From Macrostomum lignano (Eukaryota): 64,000 nucleotides of DNA. Positions 14,001-24,637 of this stretch are shown in pieces. Where the stretch lies: the NCBI GenBank assembly GCA_002269645.1, contig NIVC01003753.1, positions 14,842 through 78,841 on the forward strand. Direction: 5' to 3'. The stretch's first letter is position 1. Each line of letters starts with the position of its first letter. The notes beneath the pieces are model-generated. The model searched no databases. It was not told the origin of the DNA and saw only the letters and a program-made list of their open reading frames with translations. The position numbers and the translations under genes are program-made.

Positions 14001-16158
14001 AGTTTTGCAGGGTCAGTCAGGGCTAAGCTGTGCATGAGGCAGTTTGACTTTCTTTCAGCTGACTGTTACTTTGAGGGTGTAGCAATAGCCATTTAAGAGC
14101 CTAGACCATCCTATACAAAACTGGCAGCCCTTGTACATCATAGTATTCATAATTAATTGCATTGGTAACAAGTAGTGCAAATTCACTCAACCCAACTGCA
14201 CCAGCATTACACCAGTAAACAAATGTTAACACGTGGCAAAAGTGTTCCAAAACAAATTTATCTTCATATAGCCAATAAAAACACCCTGCCAATCAAATAC
14301 GAAACACCTTGGGAAGTCGGAAAAAACCATATAAAACGATTAATAACAACAGTTGTAACAATTCTTACCAGGCGTAGTCCAGGGTTCATCTTGAAAAAAT
14401 TATAGATAATGCAATCTATATATAGTACATCGACTTCGACTTCGGCACAAAGGGGAGAGAATGGGAGACTGGGATATCTTAATTAAGCGTCAGGGTCCGA
14501 ACTAAGGATGCCAGATTGCAGCCCCAGGGTGACAGCTGGTATCAATTAAAAAGTTCTAAAATCAAATAAAATACCAACATCTCTAAGGACTCTACCCTAC
14601 CCTTAACACTTCTGAGCCTCTCTGACCCGCAGAAGTTGCGCAAGTCTTTAATTATTGCACAATAGAAATAGAAAACTCACGTCTCTAAAGTCGGCCTCCT
14701 CAGGCGACATAAATTGGCGCACATTCGGCGTACTGATGCACCGATTCAAATCCTTGGCAGACGGAGCCGACAGCATCGGCGGCGCGGGCTGATAGTCGCC
14801 CAACGGCGAGGAGGCGTCGCTGCAGCCGATGCTGCCGCTGCTGCCGCCCATGCCTCCGCCGCCGCCGCCACCAGTCTGGTAGCGCGACAAACTCGACGGC
14901 GGCAACTGGGGCCGAGAGCCTTTGGGCTTCCGGCGGAAGCTCAGCTTGCGAATGCGAGGCAGGGATCTAAGAGCGCGGCGGGAGGGCGGCGGGAAATGTT
15001 GGGTCGTGAAAAAAGATCGTTTTTAGTTTGTGTTGTCGAATTTTTCCCAATATTTTCCTTGCTAGTCTTAGTGGAGCTTTATCCACACGCCTTTTCTAAT
15101 CGGTTTTCCCTACTGGTTCATCCCTACTGGTTTATCCCTACCGGTTCATTCCCTACCGGTTTATCCCTACCGGTTCATCCCCTACCGGTTCATCCCTACC
15201 GGTTCATCCCCATACAGGTTCATCCCCATACAGGTTCATCCCCTACCGGTTTATCCCTACCGGTTCATCCCCTACAGGTTCATCCCCTACAGGTTCATCC
15301 CCGGTTCATCCCTACCGGTTCATCCCTACCGGTTTATCCCCTACAGGTTCATCCCCTACCGGTTCATCCCCTACCGGTTCATCCCTACCGGTTCATCCCT
15401 ACCGGTTCATCCCCTACCGGTTCATCCCCTACCGGTTCATCTCTACCGGTTCATCTCTACCGGTTCATCCCGACTGGTTTATCTCTACCAGCTTTCCCCA
15501 GCGATTTTCCCCGGCAACCATCAGCAAACTGAGCCACTCACAATCCGTCCAGCTTCGACCAGGAAAACTCTCGCCTAGGCGGCGCCGTCGCCGACATTAA
15601 CTCTGGCGCCGCGGCGGACGCCGAGCAAACGGCGCCTACGTCGCAGCAGCGCTGATGAAACCGGGCCTGACAAGTCAAACAGTGATAGCCGCGAATCAAG
15701 AGCCTTGAGCACTTGGAACAATACACAATAGTGAAGAATGTCTTGTGCTGCAGGTTGTGCGTCGAGCGAAGCCTACACGGCGCGGACGAGTTGCTGACGG
15801 TGGTCTCGACTAGGAGCTCGCAGCCTAGCTTAGCCAGCTCGGCAGCGTCGGCGTCCCAGCTGATTGGCGGACCGCGCGGCTCCGTCAACGCGTAGACGGT
15901 GCAGTCGGCCACGCGTAGGCTCCGGGTAGTGAGCTTCCGTTCCAGCAGGTCGCGCAGGCTGGCGCCAGGCCGGACTGTCACGGTGGTGCGCTGGTTGCGG
16001 GGCAGCCGGGCTCGGAGCATCAGCTCACCGGCTGCTGGCAACGACGACGACGACGGCGAAGAGATCGGCGACGGGTTAGCTGAAGCTGGGCGTTGCTCCG
16101 TCATGACCCGCTGCCGTTGAAGGTAATCAGCTTGGCCGTCGCCGCAATCGACAACTTC
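7498..16158 (-). CDS. RAF: Raf serine/threonine kinase; exons 15542-16158, 14681-14966, 10602-11274, 8668-8783, 8181-8450, 7498-7602
   Basis: RBD ([18 protein letters not shown]), C1 domain ([21 protein letters not shown]), CR2 site RCISTPNV, kinase motifs [39 protein letters not shown], and C-terminal 14-3-3 site RSNSEP. All junctions are GT-AG and phase-compatible. The start codon probably lies in an upstream exon. Confidence 0.95.
7922..8163. repeat. (ACAG)n compound microsatellite in the last Raf intron
   Basis: Direct reading, with a recurring ACACTAAGACCGACCG interruption. Confidence 0.9.
8918..10235 (+). mobile_element. Full-length mariner (Tc1/mariner, DD34D-type) element, 1318 bp, in a Raf intron, antisense to Raf
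   Basis: Perfect 26-bp TIRs CGAGGGGTGATCAAAAAGTTCTGCAA, TA target duplication at 8916-8917 and 10236-10237, internal transposase. Confidence 0.95.
9101..10162 (+). pseudogene. Inactivated mariner transposase
   Basis: Motifs PRSG(R>stop)P, ARWVP(H)[31 protein letters not shown] and GKYFEGM. Two in-frame stops and two frameshifts. Confidence 0.9.
10376..10590. repeat. ~47-bp degenerate tandem repeat (CCAGTGACCTTAG...AGGACACGGG)
   Basis: Direct reading, ~5 copies. Confidence 0.85.
11408..11850. repeat. 16-bp minisatellite (AAGCTCGAAACTTCTC)
   Basis: Direct reading. Confidence 0.95.
12843..14045. repeat. 40-bp minisatellite (GCAGTTTTGCAGGGTCAGTCAGGGACAAGCTGTGCATGCG), ~30 near-identical copies
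   Basis: Direct reading; it explains the repetitive ORFs 12772-14096. Confidence 0.97.
15112..15490. repeat. 14-15-bp minisatellite (CATCCCTACCGGTT)
   Basis: Direct reading; Raf intron. Confidence 0.93.
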
Positions 16159-16242
16159 CTGTTTAAACAAATGACAGTTTGGAAATGGCAGGGCTATGGT
16201 TATCGAAGCCTTTCAGTGGGCTATAGTGGAGTGCGAAGTTTG

Positions 16243-16700
16243 AGGATGTGAAGGTTGGGGATGTGAATTTCGGGGATGTAAAGTTTAGGGATACACATTT
16301 TGGGGGTGTGAAGCTTGGGGATATGAAGGTTTGGGATATGAAGGTTTGGGATATGGGTCTTAGGGTGGGAAGTTTGGGATGTGAAGCTTGGGGATATGAA
16401 GGTTTGGGATATGAAGGTTTGGGATATGGGTCTTAGGGTGGGAAGTTTGGGATGTGAAGCTTGGGGATATGAAGGTTTGGGATATGGGTCTTAGGGTGGG
16501 AAGTTTGGGATGTGAAGTTTGGGGATGTGAAGTTTGGGGGTGTGAATTTTGGGGATGTGAAGTTTGGGATGTGAATTATGGGAATGTGAAGTTTGGGGAT
16601 GTGAAGTTTGGGCTGTGAATATAAAGTTTGGGAGATTAATATAAATTTTGTGGATTTGAACTTTGGGGGGTGTAAAGCTTGGTGATATGAAATTTAAGAG
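16243..16700. repeat. Degenerate ~15-bp G/T-rich repeat (GTGAAGTTTGGGAT)
   Basis: Direct reading. Confidence 0.85.
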
Positions 16701-16866
16701 ATGTGAAACGCCGCCTTTTGACCAATAGAGTCTCCACTTGGATCCAATGTAGCATTCATATTCTTACAAGAGATAAAGACAGATTAATGCTTCAGAGCTG
16801 CATTCAGTATGCAAATATTTAGCATAGCTAGATAAAATTCCAAGTAAGTGCTAATAATTTACATAC

Positions 16867-16967
16867 CTCAGCATACACGTCTGGCACTTTTGAATCATCT
16901 GCTTTGAATATTAGCACCAAGCTGCTGCCATTGCTAGGGTAGGTCATGTAGAGCAAGGTAATCGACC
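16867..16967 (-). CDS. Putative additional 5' Raf exon (SITLLYMTYPSNGSSLVLIFKADDSKVPDVYAE)
   Basis: Acceptor tttgcag|GG and donor GAG|GTATGT in phase 0 with the 16158 exon. PDVYAE weakly resembles BRAF N-terminal PSIYLE. In-frame ATG at 16947. Confidence 0.4.
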
Positions 16968-17744
16968 CTGCAAATTATTTTTTATTATAGCCTCTACTGA
17001 GAATTATATTGATTTGTTTTTCTAGCTATCCTATTTCAGATAGTAGAAGATTTTAACATATGATTTTGTTACATAAAACTCTGTTTCTCATTTGAAACTA
17101 TCACTAATACAAGAGACTTAACATAGTTGTATTGGTACAACTTCTATTAGAATTGTATATGCAAAAAATAATAAGCTTATAAAAATAGAATTTTAATAGA
17201 TTAGACATGACTTTAAATATATTTTTCAGGACAGATATATTATGATTTCAAGTTTAGTTTTTGTTACTATTGAAAATATGAGCAATAAAAAACAAATAAT
17301 CATATATTAATTTTCAAAGCCTTTTACCCTTTTTTTGCAGTTCAAATAGTTCCTTTTTTATTTTATTTTGAATATAAATGGATTTTTTAATATTCTAGTC
17401 AACAAAGCTAAGCCATGCAATTCTTCATCTGGGTCATATCCTTTATTGAAATTGTTATATTATCAGACTGTTATTGATCAAACATCTATTATGTCAATTG
17501 ACCAATAAAGTTATTGATATAAAATAGGGGTTAGCAACCTTTTTCTTACACCCTTAATACCCTTTATCTTATATCTATTAAGTTGGATATATATACAAAG
17601 TTGAACATTAATAATTAATAAATTTCTGTCTTTTTATACAAATCCCTTGTAAACATTATAATGCAACATCTATACTTATGTTTTATATTGGAAAGCAAAG
17701 AAAGCAAGGTAGAGAGCAAGGTAGATGCTGCAAAAGCTATAATG

Positions 17745-18030
17745 AAGGCTATAGCAAAAGCTACAACAGACTACAATAGAGGCTATTACAAAGATTATAG
17801 TAGAGGCTATTGCAGAGACTATGACAAAGGCTATGGCAGAGACTACAGTGGAGGCTACAGTGAAGGCTATTGCAAACTACACTAGAAGCTATGATGGAGA
17901 CTACAGTAGAGACTATGATAGAAACTACAATAGAGGCAACTACAATAGAAACTACAAAACTACAATACAAACTACTATTTCAGAAACTATAGTGGAGGCT
18001 ATAGTAGAGACTACAATAGAAGCTACAATG
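17745..18030. repeat. Heavily mutated 12-bp tandem repeat, inferred ancestor GGCTACGGCGGA
   Basis: 12-bp periodicity with variants GGCTATGGCAGA, GACTACAGTGGA, GGCTACAGTGAA, GATTATAGTAGA. Confidence 0.65.
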
Positions 18031-18991
18031 GTAGTGCAAAGCAAAGCAGATTCACTAAGTATAGTAGCAAAGGTGACTACTATTGGGATAGCTCTAGCCT
18101 AGATGCTTCCAGCTAGTTTGGCACCATTGGTACCATCTAGAGCTACTAGTACCAAGGAATCGGGTAAATTGCCAAGATGTGCCCAACTGGTATAAAATGG
18201 TTGAAATGGATAAGTATAACAAATGCTTTCATATAACTTTTATATTTTAGTTTTAACAAATTTTTTCCAAGGCAACCTCCCAAACTTACTCTACTACATA
18301 TAGCTTTAAATGATAAGCAATAGCCTACTGCAATAGTTTTATGGCAAAGGTTACTGTGATCCTAGAAAGGCTCTACCTTGGCAAACATAGCTCTCTACCT
18401 GACCTCACCATTGCCATGGATAGTCAGCACAATATTGGCCCTGAGCACTAGACTAATATATTCAGATAATTTCATTGCTACCAAATATCGGGACCTTAGT
18501 CTTGACCATTAGAGGTTTAATACTAAGATTAGCTTCTACTAGGTCCTAGCCCCTTGCATTATTGCAAGGTCCCTAGTAAAAAGGTAGTGGATCAGGTTAT
18601 TAGCAGAGCCTTTGATTAGAGATAGACCCCTATCTAATTCAATACTATTAAGGTAGCTATCTTTCACTGTAAGTGCAAGCTCAATATTAGTGCCATGGGC
18701 ATAGCCTAGCCTTTACCAAAAGAGCTATCATAACATGAGCAAATGATTATCAACTAGCTCCATATAGGAGCCAATATATCAACCATAGTACATATCACCA
18801 TATAGGTATTAATGTGTCTATCCTCTGTCCTGACTGGGGCATAGAAGATATTGTTGACTATATGTTTTTTTATTATCTCCAAGGTAATGGCTAAAGGGCT
18901 ATTATAGTTACAATTTTATTTAAAAGTGCCTTTTTATAAGTCTTCAAGCATTAGGCATATATATAGACCTATTTAATATATCATTTATAGG

Positions 18992-19726
18992 CAGTATTGG
19001 GCACCATTAATAAAAATCTTAACTTCTATTAATGGCAAAAGCATCAGCATTAAAAAAATCTTAACTTTTTAACTCTTCATTTTGTTAAGTTAACTGAAAA
19101 TTAATTGATGATTGTTAATAAATGTTAAAACATTAAAGTTAACACTGAAAATATAGAAGTCTTGCACTTTTTTCCTAAATAGACTTTATAATATATTGCT
19201 TTTGCTTTTCTTTCTTTTTAGTAAAACACAGAGGTCATCTAAGCGATTTACAAGCTAAAAAATAACAGTAAAATTAATAGTAAAACTTGTAAGCATAACA
19301 CTACTATTGTATTAAAAGTAAGCATATAGTAAACTAAGTAACTTATTTATTTGACACTTGAAAGCTAATAAGTTAGTAATAAAATATAAATAGAAAGGTT
19401 GTTTCAGTAGCATTAGCAGGTGCAGTATAAAGTTAAAAAAGATTGGGAAAGAAGTGAATCAAAGTGATAGATACTTAGGTGCAAGCATTCAAGCAATAAA
19501 GTTCATAATTATAATTTATTATTAAAGTTCATTAGTAAGTTGTTACATCTGCATGATCATTGTCATAAACAAAGAGATTAACTAAGCATTTAGGTAAATT
19601 TGAATACATTTGTAATGTTATAACTTCTCACTAGACTTGTCTTAACAGCAGTCCATTATATTAATGTTAATAAAAAATCTTAATGCTTATTAATAGATTA
19701 ACACTTATTAACGGTGCCCAACACTG
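18992..19726. mobile_element. hAT-type MITE, 735 bp
   Basis: 8-bp TSD TTTATAGG (18984-18991 and 19727-19734). TIRs CAGTATTGGGCACCATTAATAA versus CAGTGTTGGGCACCGTTAATAA (reverse complement of right end). Confidence 0.8.
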
Positions 19727-20453
19727 TTTATAGGTACATTGATTTTGCATTTTAATCTCTAATAATTATAGGCTAGTTTTGGGTTGCATATAATATAAAC
19801 ATAATAGTTCAAACTAAAAAATCATTTTAAATTTTAATATAAACTTTTTTCTATTGCCAGTATTGGTCTTAGTCAAAGTACATTGTATAAATTCTCATAT
19901 AGGCCCTACCTAATGGCTATGCTGTTGTGTAAGCACTTAACAATTAACAGTTGGAATTATTATAAAAAAATTTATATCCATTGGACCATTTGTACATTAG
20001 TGGCAAACTTGATACAAAACTTTTCAAATTAGGCCTTTAGGCTACTAAACCAAATGCTGACAATCAAGATGCCAAACTCTTGTACAAGTAGGCTGGGCCT
20101 AAGGCTAACTCATGTTAAAAACTATGCCATAAGGCATAACTCACATATAACAAGCTGAGCTAAACATTGTATCACAATCACAATTATTGTTTTGATCACT
20201 GCTTTTATCATACTTTTAATTTGGTTTTTTATTTAAACTACAGCAACAGTAAGTAATTCAGTCATTTTGTTTTCATAAAATTATCAAGATTTAAACTGCT
20301 TTATATACTGTACTTGTATTAGGGCCTAATGGCCCAGTAGCCTAGTAGCCTATAGTACAGAGCCTAACTCTCAAACGCATTTGTTTCCCCATTGATATTC
20401 GCATTGATATTCAAATTTAACAAAAGCAAAATACTAAAAGCAACCCGTAGCAT

Positions 20454-21667
20454 GAAACTTTACACAGAGTAAACTGCAACCGTGAAACGACTATTGGTCA
20501 AGTTTCAGCTCGATATGTAACTTTGGCTCTGAGCAGGAGCGATTTTCGATGTGTTCCATTTAAAAGACATGTGATTCCAAAATTCATATTGATATTCGAG
20601 TACAGGTACTTCTGCTTCACCGATCTTGACGAAACTTTACACAGAGTAAACTGCAACCGTGAAACGACTATTGGTCAAGTTTCAGCTCGATATGTAACTT
20701 TGGCTCTGAGCAGGGGCGATTTTCGATGTGTTCCATTTAAAATACATGTGATTCCAAAATTCATATTGATATTCGAGTACAGGTACTTCTGCTTCACCGA
20801 TCTTGACGAAACTTTACACAGAGTAAACTGCAACCGTGAAACGACTATTGGTCAAGTTTCAGCTCGATATGTAACTTTGGCTCTGAGCAGGAGCGATTTT
20901 CGATGTGTTCCATTTAAAATACATGTGATTCCAAAATTCATATTGATATTCGAGTACAGGTACTTCTGCTTCACCGAGCTTGATGAAACTTTACACAGAG
21001 TAAACTGCAACCGTGAAACGACTATTGGTCAAGTTTCAGCTCGATATGTAACTTTGGCTCTGAGCAGGAGCGATTTTCGATGTGTTCCATTTAAAATACA
21101 TGTGATTCCAAAATTCATATTGATATTCGAGTACAGGTACTTCTGCTTCACCGAGCTTGATGAAACTTTACACAGAGTAAACTGCAACCGTGAAACGACT
21201 ATTGGTCAAGTTTCAGCTCGATATGTAACTTTGGCTCTGAGCAGGAGCGATTTTCGATGTGTTCCATTTAAAATACATGTGATTCCAAAATTCATATTGA
21301 TATTCGAGTACAGGTACTTCTGCTTCACCGATCTTGACGAAACTTTACACAGAGTAAACTGCAACCGTGAAACGACTATTGGTCAAGTTTCAGCTCGATA
21401 TGTAACTTTGGCTCTGAGCAGGGGCGATTTTCGATGTGTTCCATTTAAAATACATGTGATTCCAAAATTCATATTGATATTCGAGTACAGGTACTTCTGC
21501 TTCACCGATCTTGACGAAACTTTACACAGAGTAAACTGCAACCGTGAAACGACTATTGGTCAAGTTTCAGCTCGATATGTAACTTTGGCTCTGAGCAGGA
21601 GCGATTTTCGATGTGTTCCATTTAAAATACATGTGATTCCAAAATTCATACTGATGTTCGAGTACAG
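20454..21667 (+). repeat. Left arm array: ~6.9 copies of a 177-bp unit
   Basis: Period 177 (CTTTGGCTCT at 20521 and 20698); copies nearly identical. Confidence 0.95.
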
Positions 21668-24156
21668 GTGGAGGAGATGGCGCAACGTGACACAGTGGTC
21701 ATTCTCGGAGACCTGAACGCAGTTCTGCGTAGGTCCGAGCGATCGCTGTTTGTGACAGCGCGCGAGAACGGCAACTCCGGAGCGCTAGAGGACTTCCTGG
21801 AGAGACAGGACATGGTGTCGGCCAACACCAGATTCCGCAAGTCACCGGGCAGGCTCGCGACCTTCGTGGGCTGCAAGCGGAGGCGGCGGAACGCGCGCGG
21901 CCGGAACGCTACGCGGAGGCTGGCACAGCTCGACCACGTGCTTGTGCGCTTTCGTGTGCGCCGCCGCGTCACCAACTGCCGCACCATTACGCCGCTGGCT
22001 CTGCGGTCCGACCATCGGCTGCTCATCTGCGACCTTCGGCTTCGGGACCCGCTCTACCGTCCGCCAAAGCGGCCACCGCGGCGCTACTACGTCGCTTTGC
22101 CGGTGCCTTTGTCACTGCGCTGGGCGACAAGCGTGGAGGAGCCGAGTACGCGGAGGTGAGCGCTGCAGTTCGAGCCGATGCGGAGCAAGCAGTCCCACTG
22201 ATGCGACCGGCCCAGCGGTCTGGCAGGACGACCCGCGATCGACGAAGCGAGGGAAGATCTGGAGAGGCTCCGTCTGAGTGGGCGGCAAACTCGCGAGGCG
22301 GAGGAGGCTCTGGCGGCTGTCTACCTGCAGCGGCAGCAGTCCGCTGTCGATGACGCCACCCAAGCCGTCTCTGCCGCAGGGCCCGATTCCAGAGGGCGCG
22401 TGGCCTGGTCCGTCATCAACACTCTGACGGGGCGAAAGCGGCGCATCGCGCTCAACCAGGCAGGCGACATTCCGGATGAGCGCAGGTACGAGCTGCGCGA
22501 GTTCTTCGCCGCCATTGTCAACGCGCCGCCCCCTCCGCTTCGAGAAAATCTGAGGCTGCCGCCGGAGACGCCGTTGCCGGCGGAGGAGAGCTTCAACGTT
22601 GCCCCAGTCAGCACAGCCGACGTTGTGAAGTTCGCTCGGCAGTCGCCGGGCGCCAAAGCGCTTGGTCCGGACGAGATGCCCACCGAGGCGCTGCGGATCC
22701 ACTGCGTGGCCACTGAGGTCGCCAGAGTGATGAACCGCGTGCTTTCCGGTGAGGTGGCGCCAAACGAATGGACCACGGCGCACATCGTCGCCATTCCAAA
22801 GAAGCCGGGCACCACCAAGCTCGAGGAGCATCGAGGCATCTGCCTACAATCCTGCGCCGCGAAGCTGTTCAGCCGCATGCTGCTATCGCGGTTACAGACT
22901 GTGCTGGACCCGTACCTGTGGCCTGAGCAGAACGGATTCCGGCCCCATCGCAGCACAGTGACGCAGATCCTGGCTCTTCGGCGAGTCATCGAGGAGGCGC
23001 GCATCCGCCAGTTGACCCTGATCCTGATCTTCGTCGATTTCAGGAAGGCCTTCGACTCGGTCGTGAGGGACGCGCTCCCAGAGGTGCTCCGTGCGTACAA
23101 CGTGCCAGAGCTGCTGATTTCTGCTGTCATGGCGCTGTACCACGGCACGACGGCTGCTGTCTCAACACCGGACGGCCTATCGGATTTCTTCGAGACATCC
23201 TCCGGGGTGCTCCAGGGAGATACGCTAGCGCCGTTCCTATTTATTCTGGTGCTTGACTGGGTGCTACGGACTGCTCTGCCTTCCAACGACGACGGCTTCC
23301 TGCTGCGGCGACGCGTGGGTCGACGCCAACCGGAGAGACGGCTCAGCGTGCTTGGCTACGCCGATGACCTCGCCCTGCTGTCCTCAACCGTCGAGGGCGC
23401 CCAACGACAGCTGGATAGACTGGTTGCCGTTGCGGCGAGCGTCGGCCTGGTGGTCAACACGCAGAAGACCGTCGTGCTATGCGTGCCGGACGACACCGAG
23501 GCTGCAATCTTCTGCCGAGGCGCTGACGGACAGGCGAGTGAGCTTCCAAGATGTCAGCAGTTCGTCTACCTCGGCGGTCTGGTTCCCGACGTCCGCGAGG
23601 ATCTGCGGCGTCGCCGAGGACTTGCCTGGGCTGCCTTTCGTTCTATAAGGTCAGTCCTGCAGTCCGAGGCCCTACCGGACCGCCAGAGGGCGGCGCTGTT
23701 CCAGGCGGTGATCGAAACCGTCCTGTTATACAACGCCGAGACCTGGACGCTGATAGACTCGCTCGAGGCTCAAGTCGACGCGGCGCACGCTGGCCTGCTG
23801 CGCGCCGCCTTCAAGATCGGCAACGAGCGAGTCACCAACACGGCGCTCTATCATCGCGCCGGCCTGGCCCGTCCTAGCGATCTGCTGCGCCGTCGGCGAC
23901 TCCAGCTGGCAGGCCACGTCATCCGCGCCGAGGCCTACTGTCCGGAGCCGGTGCAGGAGGTGCTGCTACTTACGTTGCAGGCACCCTACCGGCGGGGACA
24001 GGCGAGGACTCGGCGCTACGTCGACTGTCTGCTGGCTGACGCCGGCGCCCCGGACTCTGCCGGCGGTGCGGCTTTTGTTCGCGCCCAAGCTTCGAAGCGC
24101 GCCATCTGACGCTGCTTTTGCGAACTGGCAGCGTACTCTGTTGTTGTTGTTGTTGT
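21668..24156 (+). mobile_element. 5'-truncated non-LTR retrotransposon (RTE/RTEX-group LINE) with (GTT)n tail
   Basis: APE endonuclease C-terminal motifs (ILGDLNA, QLDHVLV, SDHRLL), frameshifts around 22090-22240, intact RT ORF, and a TGTTGTTGTTGTTGTT tail after the stop. Confidence 0.92.
22400..24109 (+). CDS. Reverse transcriptase domain and C-terminus of the LINE ORF (open but lacking its own start)
   Basis: KALGPDEM, EQNGFRPHRS, FVDFRKAFDSV, GVLQGDTLAPFLF, YADD. Confidence 0.85.
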   Translation: MAWSVINTLTGRKRRIALNQAGDIPDERRYELREFFAAIVNAPPPPLRENLRLPPETPLPAEESFNVAPVSTADVVKFARQSPGAKALGPDEMPTEALRIHCVATEVARVMNRVLSGEVAPNEWTTAHIVAIPKKPGTTKLEEHRGICLQSCAAKLFSRMLLSRLQTVLDPYLWPEQNGFRPHRSTVTQILALRRVIEEARIRQLTLILIFVDFRKAFDSVVRDALPEVLRAYNVPELLISAVMALYHGTTAAVSTPDGLSDFFETSSGVLQGDTLAPFLFILVLDWVLRTALPSNDDGFLLRRRVGRRQPERRLSVLGYADDLALLSSTVEGAQRQLDRLVAVAASVGLVVNTQKTVVLCVPDDTEAAIFCRGADGQASELPRCQQFVYLGGLVPDVREDLRRRRGLAWAAFRSIRSVLQSEALPDRQRAALFQAVIETVLLYNAETWTLIDSLEAQVDAAHAGLLRAAFKIGNERVTNTALYHRAGLARPSDLLRRRRLQLAGHVIRAEAYCPEPVQEVLLLTLQAPYRRGQARTRRYVDCLLADAGAPDSAGGAAFVRAQASKRAI

Positions 24157-24637
24157 TTGGAATCACATGTATTTTAAATGGAACACATCGAAAATCGCTC
24201 CTGCTCAGAGCCAAAGTTACATATCGAGCTGAAACTTGACCAATAGTCGTTTCACGGTTGCAGTTTACTCTGTGTAAAGTTTCGTCAAGATCGGTGAAGC
24301 AGAAGTACCTGTACTCGAATATCAATATGAATTTTGGAATCACATGTATTTTAAATGGAACACATCGAAAATCGCTCCTGCTCAGAGCCAAAGTTACATA
24401 TCGAGCTGAAACTTGACCAATAGTCGTTTCACTGTTGCAGTTTACTCTGTGTAAAGTTTCATCAAGATCGGTGAAGCAGAAGTACCTGTACTCGAATATC
24501 AATATGAATTTTGGAATCACATGTATTTTAAATGGAACACATCGAAAATCGCTCCTGCTCAGAGCCAAAGTTACATATCGAGCTGAAACTTGACCAATAG
24601 TCGTTTCACTGTTGCAGTTTACTCTGTGTAAAGTTTC
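24157..24637 (-). repeat. Right arm array: ~2.7 inverted copies of the 177-bp unit
   Basis: Reverse complement of the left-arm unit. Confidence 0.95.

Larger units (their letters stand above)
16720..20365. other. CpG-depleted, TpA-rich hypermutated domain 1
   Basis: About 6 CG dinucleotides counted by eye in ~3.6 kb; flanks are CpG-rich. Confidence 0.85.

Noticed and set aside
12843-14045. Regular 33-47-bp repeats as a possible CRISPR array
   Set aside because: Head-to-tail repeats without unique spacers, eukaryotic context, no cas genes.
12772-14096. Long Cys/Gln-rich ORFs
   Set aside because: They are translations of a 40-bp intronic minisatellite in several frames; no protein domain.
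20523-21716. 397-aa repetitive ORF (59-aa period)
   Set aside because: The 177-bp unit is divisible by 3 and lacks a stop in one frame; it is a TIR array, not a gene.
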